NCBI GenBank assembly: GCA_963839025.1
Contig: CAWITT010000014.1
Coordinates: forward strand, 134,175 to 198,174
Length of the DNA stretch: 64,000 bases
Origin: an uncultured Acidobacteriaceae bacterium
GTDB lineage: Bacteria > Acidobacteriota > Terriglobia > Terriglobales > Acidobacteriaceae
Reading direction: 5' to 3'
In this document: positions 1 through 9,138 of the stretch, piece by piece
Position numbering within the stretch: the stretch's first letter is position 1
Layout of the letters: each line of letters opens with the position of its first letter
Made by a program: the position numbers and the translations under genes
Notes under the pieces: generated by a model
Database searches by the model: none
What the model saw: the letters and a program-made list of their open reading frames with translations, nothing else
Told to the model about the DNA's origin: nothing

Positions 1-1
1 C

Positions 2-697
2 TTTGGCCTGCGGCTCAACGGTTCGGCCACCTGCATGGCGCCCCGGCGGCTCTTCCTGGTGGGTGGTCATCCGGGGCTCTTGCCTGCGTTGCTCGATCGG
101 TTAAAAGATCTGCCGCCGATTCCATTGCCTGGCCGCGTCCGGGCGCATCTTGCGGATCTGCTCGACGATGCCCGCCGCCTGGGCGGGACGGTGTTGGAAG
201 AGGGATCGGCCGTCCTGATCGGCCAGGCGACTCCAGAGATGCAAATCGCGCGCAGCGACATCTTCGCGCCGGTATTGTGCATTTTTGACGTGCATGACAC
301 GGAGGCCGCGGTCGCCGCTCACGCGCCTTGTCCTTATGCTCTGACCGCGGCCATCTTTGGGCCCGAGAGCGAAGCCCAAGCGTTGGCGTCACGACTCCCG
401 GTCGGCACCGTGTTGATTAACGACCTGATCGTTGCCGCCGCCGATCCGCGAGTAAGTTTCGGCGGTCGCAAGTCGAGCGGGTTTGGTGTGAGTCGTGGCC
501 GCGAAGGCTTGCTGGAGATGACTACGCTTAAGACCATCGTCACTCAGCGCGGCCGCGACCGTCGCGCCTATCAGCCCACAACGGCCGATCACCAGGCGTT
601 CTTTGCCGCTTATCTCGAAGTTGCTCACAGCGGTGGCTGGCTCACTCGCTGGCGTGGCCTGCGCAAATTTGTGCGGGCCGCCGCCCGGCTCGGCTGA
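2..697 (+). CDS. Aldehyde dehydrogenase family protein, C-terminal part (5' end outside window)
   Basis: The frame is open from base 2. It reads NGSATCMAPRRLF (catalytic-Cys block) at the window edge and the C-terminal ALDH block SFGGRKSSGFG. Track ORF 35..697 is the same frame. Confidence 0.8.
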   Translation, partial: FGLRLNGSATCMAPRRLFLVGGHPGLLPALLDRLKDLPPIPLPGRVRAHLADLLDDARRLGGTVLEEGSAVLIGQATPEMQIARSDIFAPVLCIFDVHDTEAAVAAHAPCPYALTAAIFGPESEAQALASRLPVGTVLINDLIVAAADPRVSFGGRKSSGFGVSRGREGLLEMTTLKTIVTQRGRDRRAYQPTTADHQAFFAAYLEVAHSGGWLTRWRGLRKFVRAAARLG

Positions 698-713
698 AGG
701 AGAAAAAGACACT

Positions 714-2264
714 ATGCGGGTTGCAGTTATCGGCTCAGGATTAGGCGGACTTAGCGCGGCGTGCACTCTGGCTGCGCGCGGCTACGAGGTGGAGGTATTC
801 GAGAAGAATCCCTGGCTAGGCGGTAAGGCCGCGGTCTTGGAGGAGGGCGGCTTCCGCTTCGATATGGGGCCCACGATTCTGATCCAGCCTTCGGTGTTGC
901 GCCGTATCTTCTGCGAGGCCGGCCGCACCATGAGCGACTATCTCGATATGGTGCGGCTCGATCCGCAGTGGCGCTGCTTCTTCGATGACGGCACGGTGCT
1001 GGACCTGAAAGATGACGTCCGCGAAATGGCGGCATCGCTCGAGGGCACGGAACCGGGACTGGGCGCCCGCTTTACCGCGTTCATGGAACTCTCCCAAAGA
1101 TTGCACACAATTTCCGACAAGTTTTTCTTTTGGAAGTCAGTGGGTTCGATGCGCGACACCTTCGACATAGGTGGAAGCTTCCAGGTTTCAGTGCTCAAGG
1201 ATGTGCTGAGCATGCGGCTGGGGCAAAGTGTCTCCGGAACCATTCGCAGTTTCATCAAGGACCCGCGCGTGGCGCAGATGCTCGATCACTACGTGCAGTA
1301 CGTAGGGTCATCTCCTGATAACTCTCCGGCGATTCTCTGTTCCATTGGCCACATGCAGGCGGAGCAGGGTATCTGGTATCCGAAAGGGGGCACGCGCGCC
1401 GTTCCCCAGGCGCTGGTTCGTTTGGGCAGCGAGTTGGGCGTGCGCTATCACACCTCCGTCGAAGTTACGCGCCTGATCACCGCAGGCGGGGCCGTTGCCG
1501 GCCTCGAGACAGCCGGGGGCGAGAAGCATCCCTTCGACGCTGTCGTTTCCAACGAGGATTCCGTGCGCACCTATCGAGAATTGCTCGGCGGAGCGGCCGC
1601 TGAAAGCTTTGACAAGCGGAGAGACTACGAACCTGCGTGTTCCGGCGTGGTGCTTTACCTGGGCCTCAAGCAGCGCTACGAGCATCTGGCGCACCATGAC
1701 TTTGTTTTTTCTCGCGATCCGCAGGAAGAGTTTCATCACATTTACGATCTTGCGACTCCGGCGCCCGACCCCACCTGCTATTTAGCTTCTACCTCGGTTA
1801 CAGATCCAACGACGGCGCCCGCAGGGGGCGACGCGCTGTACGTGCTGGTGCACACTCCGTTTCTACGGCGCAAGCATGATTGGTCGAAGATGTTCCCGGA
1901 GTACCGCCAGGTGATTCTCAACAAACTCAAGCGCACCGCCGGCCTCACGGACATCGAGGAGCGGATCGTGTTTGAGCGCTCACTCACGCCGGTCGATATA
2001 CACGAGAGATACCGCGTGCTGAATGGAGCGATTTACGGCATATCGAGCCACGGACGGTGGACTGGCGCGTTTAAGCCGGCCAACGCCAGCCCGGATCTGG
2101 AGGGTTTGTATCTGGCGGGAGGAGCGGCGCATCCGGGACCTGGGATGCCGATGGTGATGATGAGTGGCTGGATCGCCGCCGACGCTCTCGATCAGCGCTA
2201 TCGCGGCGAAGAAGCCGCCGTTTCTTCGCGCAAGCTGGCGGAGCAGCTCCTCGCGCATGCTTGA
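714..2264 (+). CDS. FAD-dependent CrtI/CrtN/CrtP-family carotenoid desaturase/oxygenase
   Basis: Rossmann motif MRVAVIGSGLGGLSAACTLAARGYEVEVFEKNPWLGGKA at the N-terminus and C-terminal family block LYLAGGAAHPGPGMPMVMMSG. ATG 714 follows AAGGAG (697-702). The 603 start in the track overlaps the ALDH gene. Confidence 0.85.
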   Translation: MRVAVIGSGLGGLSAACTLAARGYEVEVFEKNPWLGGKAAVLEEGGFRFDMGPTILIQPSVLRRIFCEAGRTMSDYLDMVRLDPQWRCFFDDGTVLDLKDDVREMAASLEGTEPGLGARFTAFMELSQRLHTISDKFFFWKSVGSMRDTFDIGGSFQVSVLKDVLSMRLGQSVSGTIRSFIKDPRVAQMLDHYVQYVGSSPDNSPAILCSIGHMQAEQGIWYPKGGTRAVPQALVRLGSELGVRYHTSVEVTRLITAGGAVAGLETAGGEKHPFDAVVSNEDSVRTYRELLGGAAAESFDKRRDYEPACSGVVLYLGLKQRYEHLAHHDFVFSRDPQEEFHHIYDLATPAPDPTCYLASTSVTDPTTAPAGGDALYVLVHTPFLRRKHDWSKMFPEYRQVILNKLKRTAGLTDIEERIVFERSLTPVDIHERYRVLNGAIYGISSHGRWTGAFKPANASPDLEGLYLAGGAAHPGPGMPMVMMSGWIAADALDQRYRGEEAAVSSRKLAEQLLAHA

Positions 2265-3078
2265 CTATAATGTTCTGGAGAGGGCGCCGATGCACGAGGA
2301 GAGCTCGGAATTGGTCCCTCCCTCGCGCCGCCTGCTCTCTCTCTTTTCTATTTATTTGCATTGGTATTTAGGCCGGCACTTCCGCGCAGTTCGGCTCGCG
2401 AACTCCAGTCGCTTTCCCCGCAAGGCCGGACCGCTGATCGTCTTTGCCAATCATGCTTCCTGGTGGGATCCGCTCGCGTGCATCGTGACTTCGCGGTATT
2501 TTCTCCCCAACGCTTCCCACTACGGGGCGATGGACGCAGCGGCCCTGAAGCACTACGGATTCCTCCGCAAGCTGGGTCTGTTTCCGCTGCAAACTGGAAC
2601 ACGGCGAGGTGCGGCTCAATTCTTGAAAGACGCGAAAGAAATAGTCTCCACGCCTGACTCGGTTTTGTGGATCACGCCCGAGGGGCGCTTTACCGATGTG
2701 CGTACCCGTCCGATTATTTTTCGTCCCGGCCTGGCAGCCGTAGTGGCGCGGCTCGGCGCGTGCACACTGGTGCCTCTGGCTTTCGAATACACATTCTGGG
2801 ATGAGCGCTTGCCCGAGATCCTTGTCTCTTGCGGCCAGCCGATCGAAGTTGCGGAAGGACGAAGTACCGAGGAGTGGAGCGAGCACCTGGCGACCGCGTT
2901 AGCCGACACCTCGGATGAACTCGCTGCCTTGTCTATGCTTCGCGACCCGGAGCGATTCGAAACGATTCTGAGTGGCCGCATCGGTATCAGCGGCATCTAC
3001 GAGGGCTGGAAGCGCTTCACCGCTTTCATGACCGGTCGTGACTATCAAGGCAGTCACGGGGGTATCCATCGCCTATGA
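2257..3078 (+). CDS. PlsC/LPLAT-type acyltransferase
   Basis: HX4D block FANHASWWDP and block WITPEGRFTD. ATG 2257 overlaps the upstream stop by 8 nt (translational coupling). The 2164 start in the track lies inside the upstream gene. Confidence 0.75.
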   Translation: MLDYNVLERAPMHEESSELVPPSRRLLSLFSIYLHWYLGRHFRAVRLANSSRFPRKAGPLIVFANHASWWDPLACIVTSRYFLPNASHYGAMDAAALKHYGFLRKLGLFPLQTGTRRGAAQFLKDAKEIVSTPDSVLWITPEGRFTDVRTRPIIFRPGLAAVVARLGACTLVPLAFEYTFWDERLPEILVSCGQPIEVAEGRSTEEWSEHLATALADTSDELAALSMLRDPERFETILSGRIGISGIYEGWKRFTAFMTGRDYQGSHGGIHRL

Positions 3079-4214
3079 TCGCCTTAATAGCGCTGGCCTT
3101 CTGCTGCTCCACCATCCCGGCGGTGTTGTGGGTCTGGAACATGCTGCTATACCGCGAGCCTGAGGCCGGTGGTTGCGGGGAGACTGGCGTTTGTGTTTTG
3201 CCGGGTTCTGTGTCGGTTCTCATTCCTGCCCGCAATGAAGAGGCTGCCATTGGCCAGTCGATCGCCAGCCTGCTTGCCTCCCGTGGAGTCGCGATCGAGA
3301 TCACGGTGCTTGACGACGGATCGACGGATCGAACCGCGGAAATAGTCCGCGGCTTTGCGGCCCAGGATGCGCGCGTGCATCTCAGGTCTTCGCGTCCGCT
3401 GCCGCGCGGCTGGAACGGTAAGCAGCACGCCTGCTATGAACTCGCAGCGCTGGCCGGCGGGGAGGTCCTCTGTTTTCTTGATGCCGATGTGCGTCTGGAG
3501 CCTGATGCGCTTGCCCGTATGGCCGCGTTTTTGGTCCGTTCCGGCTCTGATCTGGTGAGCGGATTTCCCCGCCAGGAAACGGAGACCACACTGGAGTGGC
3601 TGCTATTGCCGATGATTCACTTTGTGCTGCTGTCGTATCTGCCGCTAGCCGGGATGCGCGCGTTGTCTACGCCGGGGCTCGCGGCGGGCTGTGGCCAGTT
3701 CCTCATGGTGCGCCGCGATGCTTACCGCAAGTGCGGCGGGCACGGGCAGATCCGCACCACCATGCACGATGGGCTGTTGCTGCCGCAACTCTTCCGCCGC
3801 CACGGTCTGCGCACGGATATTGCCGACCTGACTCATCTGGCCACGTGCCGCATGTATCACAACGCGGCGGAGGTTTGGCGCGGCTTGGCGAAGAATGCCA
3901 CGGAGGGTATGGCTGCGCCGGCCCGGATCCTGCCTTTTACGCTGCTGCTGTTTTGTGGCCAGGTGCTTCCGTTGCTGCTGTTGGTGGCGCCTGTGGCGTA
4001 CAGCACGCGGGAACGGTCATTTATCCTGGCCGCGGTCGCGGCGTCTTTTTTGCCTCGACTTTTTTCGGTCTGGAAATATCGCCAGCCTCTCATGAGCGCT
4101 CTGCTGCATCCGTTGGGCGTCACTCTCTTGCTCATGCTTCAGTGGTATGCCTTGGTGGGCAAAATTGCGGGCCAGCGCGTCACCTGGAAAGAACGTGCCT
4201 ATCGCATGGGTTGA
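3075..4214 (+). CDS. Family 2 glycosyltransferase with membrane-spanning C-terminal half
   Basis: GT-A blocks VSVLIPARNEE, VLDDGSTDRT and FLDADV (DxD). The C-terminal half is hydrophobic. The ATGA start/stop overlaps the acyltransferase gene. Confidence 0.8.
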   Translation: MIALIALAFCCSTIPAVLWVWNMLLYREPEAGGCGETGVCVLPGSVSVLIPARNEEAAIGQSIASLLASRGVAIEITVLDDGSTDRTAEIVRGFAAQDARVHLRSSRPLPRGWNGKQHACYELAALAGGEVLCFLDADVRLEPDALARMAAFLVRSGSDLVSGFPRQETETTLEWLLLPMIHFVLLSYLPLAGMRALSTPGLAAGCGQFLMVRRDAYRKCGGHGQIRTTMHDGLLLPQLFRRHGLRTDIADLTHLATCRMYHNAAEVWRGLAKNATEGMAAPARILPFTLLLFCGQVLPLLLLVAPVAYSTRERSFILAAVAASFLPRLFSVWKYRQPLMSALLHPLGVTLLLMLQWYALVGKIAGQRVTWKERAYRMG

Positions 4215-4250
4215 TGCAACCGTTGCTTTCGGGGGAGCATTTCAATTTCT

Positions 4251-4862
4251 ATGGGCCAGTTTTGTCTTTTCATCTTGCTTGCCGTCCCAATGATTTCTGC
4301 CGCAGAATCCGGTAGCTTCGCGCAACGCCTCGCTGAGGCGCGCAAGGATTATTTTTCCGATTTGCAGGGAGATCGAGCCGCCGGGGTCAAGGCTCGCGCA
4401 AGCTTTGCGGCACTGTCGAGCGATTACCCGGGGAACCCGGTGGTCGATGCCTACAGCGGCAGCCTGCAGCTTCTCGATGCTGCCCGCAGCTGGGCGGTGT
4501 GGGAAAAGGGCAGGCTCGCCAATGAAGGTCTGAGCAAGATGGATGAGGCGGTCAATCGTGCCCCGGACGATTTGGAAGCGCGTTTCATTCGCGCTGCGTC
4601 CACTTGGCATTTGCCGTTTTTCTACAAGCGCCGGGACCAGTCCGCGAGCGACTTTGCCTTGATCGCGCCGCGGGCGGAGGAAGCAGTGGCGAAGGGGACC
4701 CTCCCGCCGGAGCTGGCTGCGGCCGCCCTTGATTATTACGGCCAGGTACTGATCGGTCAAAGTGACAGTCACGGTGCCAAACAAGCCTTCGAGGCCGCCG
4801 TGCGCATTGACGAGACGAGTCCGGGCGGCCGTGATGCATTGAAGCGCCTGCGCACCGAGTAG
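4251..4862 (+). CDS. Exported helical protein of unknown function
   Basis: 203-aa ORF with a signal-like N-terminus MGQFCLFILLAVPMISAAES and an Ala/Leu/Arg-rich helical composition. No family recognised. Confidence 0.55.
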   Translation: MGQFCLFILLAVPMISAAESGSFAQRLAEARKDYFSDLQGDRAAGVKARASFAALSSDYPGNPVVDAYSGSLQLLDAARSWAVWEKGRLANEGLSKMDEAVNRAPDDLEARFIRAASTWHLPFFYKRRDQSASDFALIAPRAEEAVAKGTLPPELAAAALDYYGQVLIGQSDSHGAKQAFEAAVRIDETSPGGRDALKRLRTE

Positions 4863-4870
4863 CAGACCGT

Positions 4871-5049
4871 CTGACCAACCGCGATCTCGACGGGTGCCCT
4901 ATGTTCGCACCAGCGTACGTGGGCCGATTATGAATTCTTCGAATGCTTTTACTCAACGTGCAGAAGCGTTCGATGGGCTTCGCCCGTCTTTTTCAGCCCA
5001 CGTACGCTGGTGCGAACATAGGGCACCCGTCAAGATCGCGGTTGGTCAG
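4871..5049 (+). repeat. Family-1 long-stem palindromic intergenic element, copy A
   Basis: Left arm CTGACCAACCGCGATCTCGACGGGTGCCCTATGTTCGCACCAGCGTACGTGGGCCGA pairs with right arm 4993-5049. The asymmetric core TTATGAATTCTTCGAATGC...GATGGGCTTCGCCCGTCTTTTTC sets the orientation. Confidence 0.9.
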
Positions 5050-5082
5050 CGGCCGTTCCCGCCATTTTGATTTGCTCAGTTC

Positions 5083-7239
5083 TTACTCCAGCGGCTTGCG
5101 GGCGAAGTAGTACAGTGACCCGGCCAGCAGCACAAACATCAGCACCGAAACCCCGTCATGGTGCAGGGGATTACTCGCCGGCAACAACAACACATCCTCT
5201 TTACCGGTCGCGGTTTCATAAAGTTTCAGCGCGACACCCATCAGCCCTACAATGCCGCCGGCCGCGATGAGCCCGCTGGCATAGAGCGACCCCGGACTCA
5301 CTTCGCTGTCCGCTTTCTCGACGGCACGATCGATCATCCACCGCACGATGCCCCCGGCGAAGATCGCCAGTGTGGTGGCGATCGAGAGGTAGGCGCCGAC
5401 CGCAAACGACAGCGAGCGAACACCCAGGATCTCCACCGCAATCACTAGAAACACGCCCAGCAGCACTAATCCCCAGGGCAGCTTGCGGCCCAGGATCCCA
5501 TTCACCACCGTAGCCATCAGGCGCGCCTGCGGGGCCGCCGCCTTTTCACTGCCAATACCCTGGATCCACTGCACCTCAATTTGCTGTGTTTGCGGGTTGT
5601 AGAGATATTTGCCATCCGCCAATTCCGCCGAATTCAGCGCGTTGAGCAAAACCAGACCACCACCCGCGCGAGTCTCGACGGTCTTGTCCGCGTGGATGAC
5701 GCGAATCTGCGGCTGGTGAAAATGCTGCTCCTCGACCTGCACCCCGCTGTGAGCGGCAGTCATATCCCATGGCCGCGCGGTCTGGCGGAACTCCGCCAAA
5801 CCCTGGTTCATCAACTGCAGCGTGGCCCCAATGGCCAAAGTCGAGACACAGGCGCCGATGACCAGCGCGATCTGCTGCTTGCGCGGAGTGGCGCCGATCA
5901 AATAGCCGGTCTTGAGATCTTGCGAGGTATCGCCGGCATTGGCCGACGCGATGCATACCACGCCGCCGATGGTGATGGCCAAAGCGCCAAACGCAGGCGC
6001 GGTCCATCCTTCGACCAGGAAAATCGCCGACGTTGCCATGAGCGTGGCGATCGTCATACCGGAGACGGGATTCGAGGAACTGCCGATCAATCCCACGATG
6101 CGCGAGGACACGGTGACAAAAAGAAATCCGAAGAGAGCTACCAGCAGCGAAGCCGCCAGGTTTGCCAGCCCGCTCACCTGCGCCCCGGGTACGGGTTTAA
6201 AGGTCAGGAAAACCCACATCAAAAACACCAGGACCACCGATCCGCCGACCACGACGCCGAACGGAAGATCGTCCTCCGTGCGCAGGGGAGCGCTCTTGAC
6301 GCCGCCGGCTAGGCGCAAATTCCCCATCGCAGCGCGCAATGCACTGAAGATCGTGGGCAGAGTCTTGATCAACGTGATCAGTCCGGATGCCGCCACCGCG
6401 CCCGCTCCCATAGGGCGAATGTAGGAAGCCCACAGATCGCTGGGAGACATCTGGGCAATCGGCTTGGTCCCGGGATAAATTGCCTCGGGGAAGTGAGAAC
6501 CGAAAAAATAAATGGCCGGCATGAGGACCAGCCAGGAGAAGATACCGCCGGCAAAGAGCAACCCGGCAATCTTGGGCCCGATGATGTAGCCCACACCCAA
6601 ATATTCAGGAGTAACATCCGCCCGAATTGCGGAACCCTTCAGCCATTGCGGCTGATAATCCGGTGTCCCCGGCCATGCGCCCAACAGGTTTTCATTCTGG
6701 AACAGGGTGTAGATGCCGCCTAAGCCGAGACCCAGAAAAACGCGGCCAGCGAAAGAACCGCCCCGCTCCCCCGCCAGCAGGACATCGGCGCAGGCGGTCC
6801 CCTCCGGGTAAGTGAGCCGGCCGTGCTCCTTGACGATCAGCTGTTGCCGCAGCGGAATCATGAACAGCACGCCCAGCAACCCACCCAGGAGCGCCAACAC
6901 AAAAATGCGCGAGTACTCGAGATCGAAGCCGAGAAAGATCAAAGCCGGCAAGGTGAAGATCACTCCGGAGGCAATGGACTGCCCCGAATTACCCGTCGTC
7001 TGAACAATGTTGTTTTCCAGAATGGAGGCCCGTCCAAATGCGCGCAGTACGCTGATGGAAAGCACGGCGATGGGTATGGAAGCCCCTACCGTCAGCCCCG
7101 CGCGCAAGCCGACATAGACCGTCACGGCCCCGAAGAGCAGCCCGAAGATACAGCCGAGCACCAGGGCGCGGGTTGTCAGTTCAGGGCGATTCTCGGTGGC
7201 CGAGACGAATGGCTGAAAAGTCGGGGGCGTGTTTTGCAT
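5083..7239 (-). CDS. OPT-family oligopeptide transporter
   Basis: 718-aa polytopic membrane ORF. The N-terminal region RPELTTRALVLGCIFGLLFGAVTVYVGLRAGLTVGASIPIAVLSISVL and the overall architecture are typical of bacterial OPT transporters. Confidence 0.85.
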   Translation of the reverse strand: MQNTPPTFQPFVSATENRPELTTRALVLGCIFGLLFGAVTVYVGLRAGLTVGASIPIAVLSISVLRAFGRASILENNIVQTTGNSGQSIASGVIFTLPALIFLGFDLEYSRIFVLALLGGLLGVLFMIPLRQQLIVKEHGRLTYPEGTACADVLLAGERGGSFAGRVFLGLGLGGIYTLFQNENLLGAWPGTPDYQPQWLKGSAIRADVTPEYLGVGYIIGPKIAGLLFAGGIFSWLVLMPAIYFFGSHFPEAIYPGTKPIAQMSPSDLWASYIRPMGAGAVAASGLITLIKTLPTIFSALRAAMGNLRLAGGVKSAPLRTEDDLPFGVVVGGSVVLVFLMWVFLTFKPVPGAQVSGLANLAASLLVALFGFLFVTVSSRIVGLIGSSSNPVSGMTIATLMATSAIFLVEGWTAPAFGALAITIGGVVCIASANAGDTSQDLKTGYLIGATPRKQQIALVIGACVSTLAIGATLQLMNQGLAEFRQTARPWDMTAAHSGVQVEEQHFHQPQIRVIHADKTVETRAGGGLVLLNALNSAELADGKYLYNPQTQQIEVQWIQGIGSEKAAAPQARLMATVVNGILGRKLPWGLVLLGVFLVIAVEILGVRSLSFAVGAYLSIATTLAIFAGGIVRWMIDRAVEKADSEVSPGSLYASGLIAAGGIVGLMGVALKLYETATGKEDVLLLPASNPLHHDGVSVLMFVLLAGSLYYFARKPLE

Positions 7240-7260
7240 GCGACAAATGTATCTTGAAAC

Positions 7261-8139
7261 ATGCGCAAGCTTCTTGCTTATGCCGCAATCTACCTGTTCT
7301 GGGGCGCATCGTTCCTGGCCATACGGGAGGTGGTTGCGGTCGCTCCTCCCTTTTTCGCCGCTGGGTTCCGCTTCCTGTCCGCGGGGGCCATTCTCTATGG
7401 TTACAGCTGCTGGAAGGGCATACCTCAGCCCGGCAAGCGGCAGTTACTAAGTACCGCGGTGATGGGTCTGGTGATGTTCGCCGTAGACTACGGCTGCCTC
7501 TTCTGGGCGGAGAAGGAAATCCCCTCAGGGCTGGCGGCGGTCATCGCAGCCACCATTCCGGTTTGGGTGTTGCTGGCGGAGTTGTGCGTTGCCGGCTCGA
7601 AGCGGCCAACCGCGAAGTCCCTCGCCGGCATCGTGCTCGGTGTCGCAGGGGTAGTTTTGCTGATGCTTCCCGCTGGACTGCATAGCAGCAAATTCAGTAC
7701 TTCCGCGTTGGTGCTTCTGTTGGGCTGTTTGTTCTGGGCAGTAGGAACGGTCGCCAGCCGCCACCTTTCTTTGCCGCGGCAACTGAGCATGAGTTCCGGC
7801 CTGCAGATGACCTGGGGTGGCGGATTCCTCTTCCTGCTCTCTGCGACTACCGGCGAACTGGGCAGGTTGCCGGCCTTATCCCACAGGTGGGACTGGCATT
7901 TTGGCTTAGCGATGGCTTATCTCATCCTCTTTGCGTCGATCATCGCGTTTAGCGCCTATGTGTGGCTGATTGCCCGGGAGCCAACCACTCGGGTGGCTAG
8001 CTATGCCTACGTCAACCCGCTGATCGCCTTATTCCTTGGGGCGCTGTTGGTCCATGAGCGTCCCACTTCGGTGCAATATGGGGGAGCCGCCCTGGTGCTG
8101 GCGGGGGTGGCGTCCACCATCGCCGGCAAGCGTGCCTAA
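7261..8139 (+). CDS. EamA/DMT-family transporter
   Basis: 292 aa with about 10 hydrophobic segments in two similar halves. N-terminus AAIYLFWGASFLAIREVV is typical of EamA domains. Confidence 0.8.
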   Translation: MRKLLAYAAIYLFWGASFLAIREVVAVAPPFFAAGFRFLSAGAILYGYSCWKGIPQPGKRQLLSTAVMGLVMFAVDYGCLFWAEKEIPSGLAAVIAATIPVWVLLAELCVAGSKRPTAKSLAGIVLGVAGVVLLMLPAGLHSSKFSTSALVLLLGCLFWAVGTVASRHLSLPRQLSMSSGLQMTWGGGFLFLLSATTGELGRLPALSHRWDWHFGLAMAYLILFASIIAFSAYVWLIAREPTTRVASYAYVNPLIALFLGALLVHERPTSVQYGGAALVLAGVASTIAGKRA

Positions 8140-8220
8140 AGGTTTACTGGCTTTCCGCATCGACTTACCCTTATACTCACCACATCGGCGGCAGGGTAGC
8201 TGCACAGGCTTGCCCCGGCT

Positions 8221-9123
8221 GTGAGGTGCGTCTTTCCCGGTCAGACGGTTCCCCTGACTCCCGACGTCCCGCTTTCGCAAACTTCGGTTTGGCGTGCTGT
8301 TGTGCGTGTCCTGCGAAGTCCCGCGGATGGCCTCTGTTGTGCCTTGTTTCCCTGTGCCTGCGCCGTTTGCGGCGGTTCTGTCCTGCGTTTTACCCGCGTT
8401 CCCATCTGCGATTTCTGCTGCGCGCAACTCCCTCCTCAATCAGGTATTCTCTGCGCTTGTTGCGGGGAAGATCTCGGCGTCGCCACTCTCTCCGTCAGCC
8501 GGTCGCCGGAGCCGGACATTGAGCTATGCCAGCCCTGCCGATTAGCCCCGCCTGCGTTTGTCAAAGCGGTGGCTTATGGCGTTTACCAGGGGCAACTTCG
8601 CTCCCTGGTGCATTTGCTCAAATACGAAGGCATGCAGCCGATTGCCGGGAGGCTGGGTCCACTCCTGGCGGACAGTGTGGAATCCTTTGCCGGCTGCTCG
8701 CCGATGTTGGTGATCCCGGTGCCCATGCACCCGCACAAGCAGCGTCAGCGAGGCTTTAACCATGCCGAACTGCTGGCCCGGACCGCCATGGCGGAGATGC
8801 ACCGCCGACATCCCCAATGGCGTTTGCAGTTGGATACGCGCCTGCTCAAACGCGTGCGCGTTACGGTGAGTCAGGCAGGCCTGACCACCCACCAGCGCCG
8901 GCAGAATCTGCGCGGCGCTTTTTTTGTGCCTGAACCCGCTCGCGTGGCGGGACGGGACGTTTTGTTGATGGACGACATTTACACCACGGGGGCCACGGCA
9001 CGGGCTTGCAGCCGGGTGCTGCGGAATGCCGGCGCCGCGTCAGTTCGGGTGGCGACCGTTGCTCGTGCGCAGCGCGAGGGAACGGCTTCGTGGGATAGCG
9101 GGTTTTTGAAAACAGTGAACTGA
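8221..9123 (+). CDS. comF: ComF-family phosphoribosyltransferase-domain protein
   Basis: N-terminal Cys pairs (CACAVCGG, CDFCC, CACCG, CQPC) and the C-terminal PRTase block VLLMDDIYTTGATARAC. The start is uncertain (GTG 8221 or GTG 8302). Confidence 0.8.
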   Translation: MRCVFPGQTVPLTPDVPLSQTSVWRAVVRVLRSPADGLCCALFPCACAVCGGSVLRFTRVPICDFCCAQLPPQSGILCACCGEDLGVATLSVSRSPEPDIELCQPCRLAPPAFVKAVAYGVYQGQLRSLVHLLKYEGMQPIAGRLGPLLADSVESFAGCSPMLVIPVPMHPHKQRQRGFNHAELLARTAMAEMHRRHPQWRLQLDTRLLKRVRVTVSQAGLTTHQRRQNLRGAFFVPEPARVAGRDVLLMDDIYTTGATARACSRVLRNAGAASVRVATVARAQREGTASWDSGFLKTVN

Positions 9124-9138
9124 GACCGGAGGATCAAC

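Noticed and set aside
603-713. Upstream start for the CrtI-family ORF, and similar long 5' extensions at 2164, 18493, 26604, 30235, 31000 and 48404
   Set aside because: The extensions overlap upstream genes or terminators and lack family similarity. Internal ATGs with ribosome-binding sites or signal peptides fit better.
4929-5070. Possible small ORF inside the family-1 core (MNSSNAFTQ...), starting at the conserved ATGAATTC
   Set aside because: There is no Shine-Dalgarno sequence. Copy B has an in-frame stop after 14 codons. The middle of the putative peptide is the most variable part, and its C-terminal half is just the right arm, whose sequence is dictated by the palindrome. It is more parsimonious to treat the element as non-coding.
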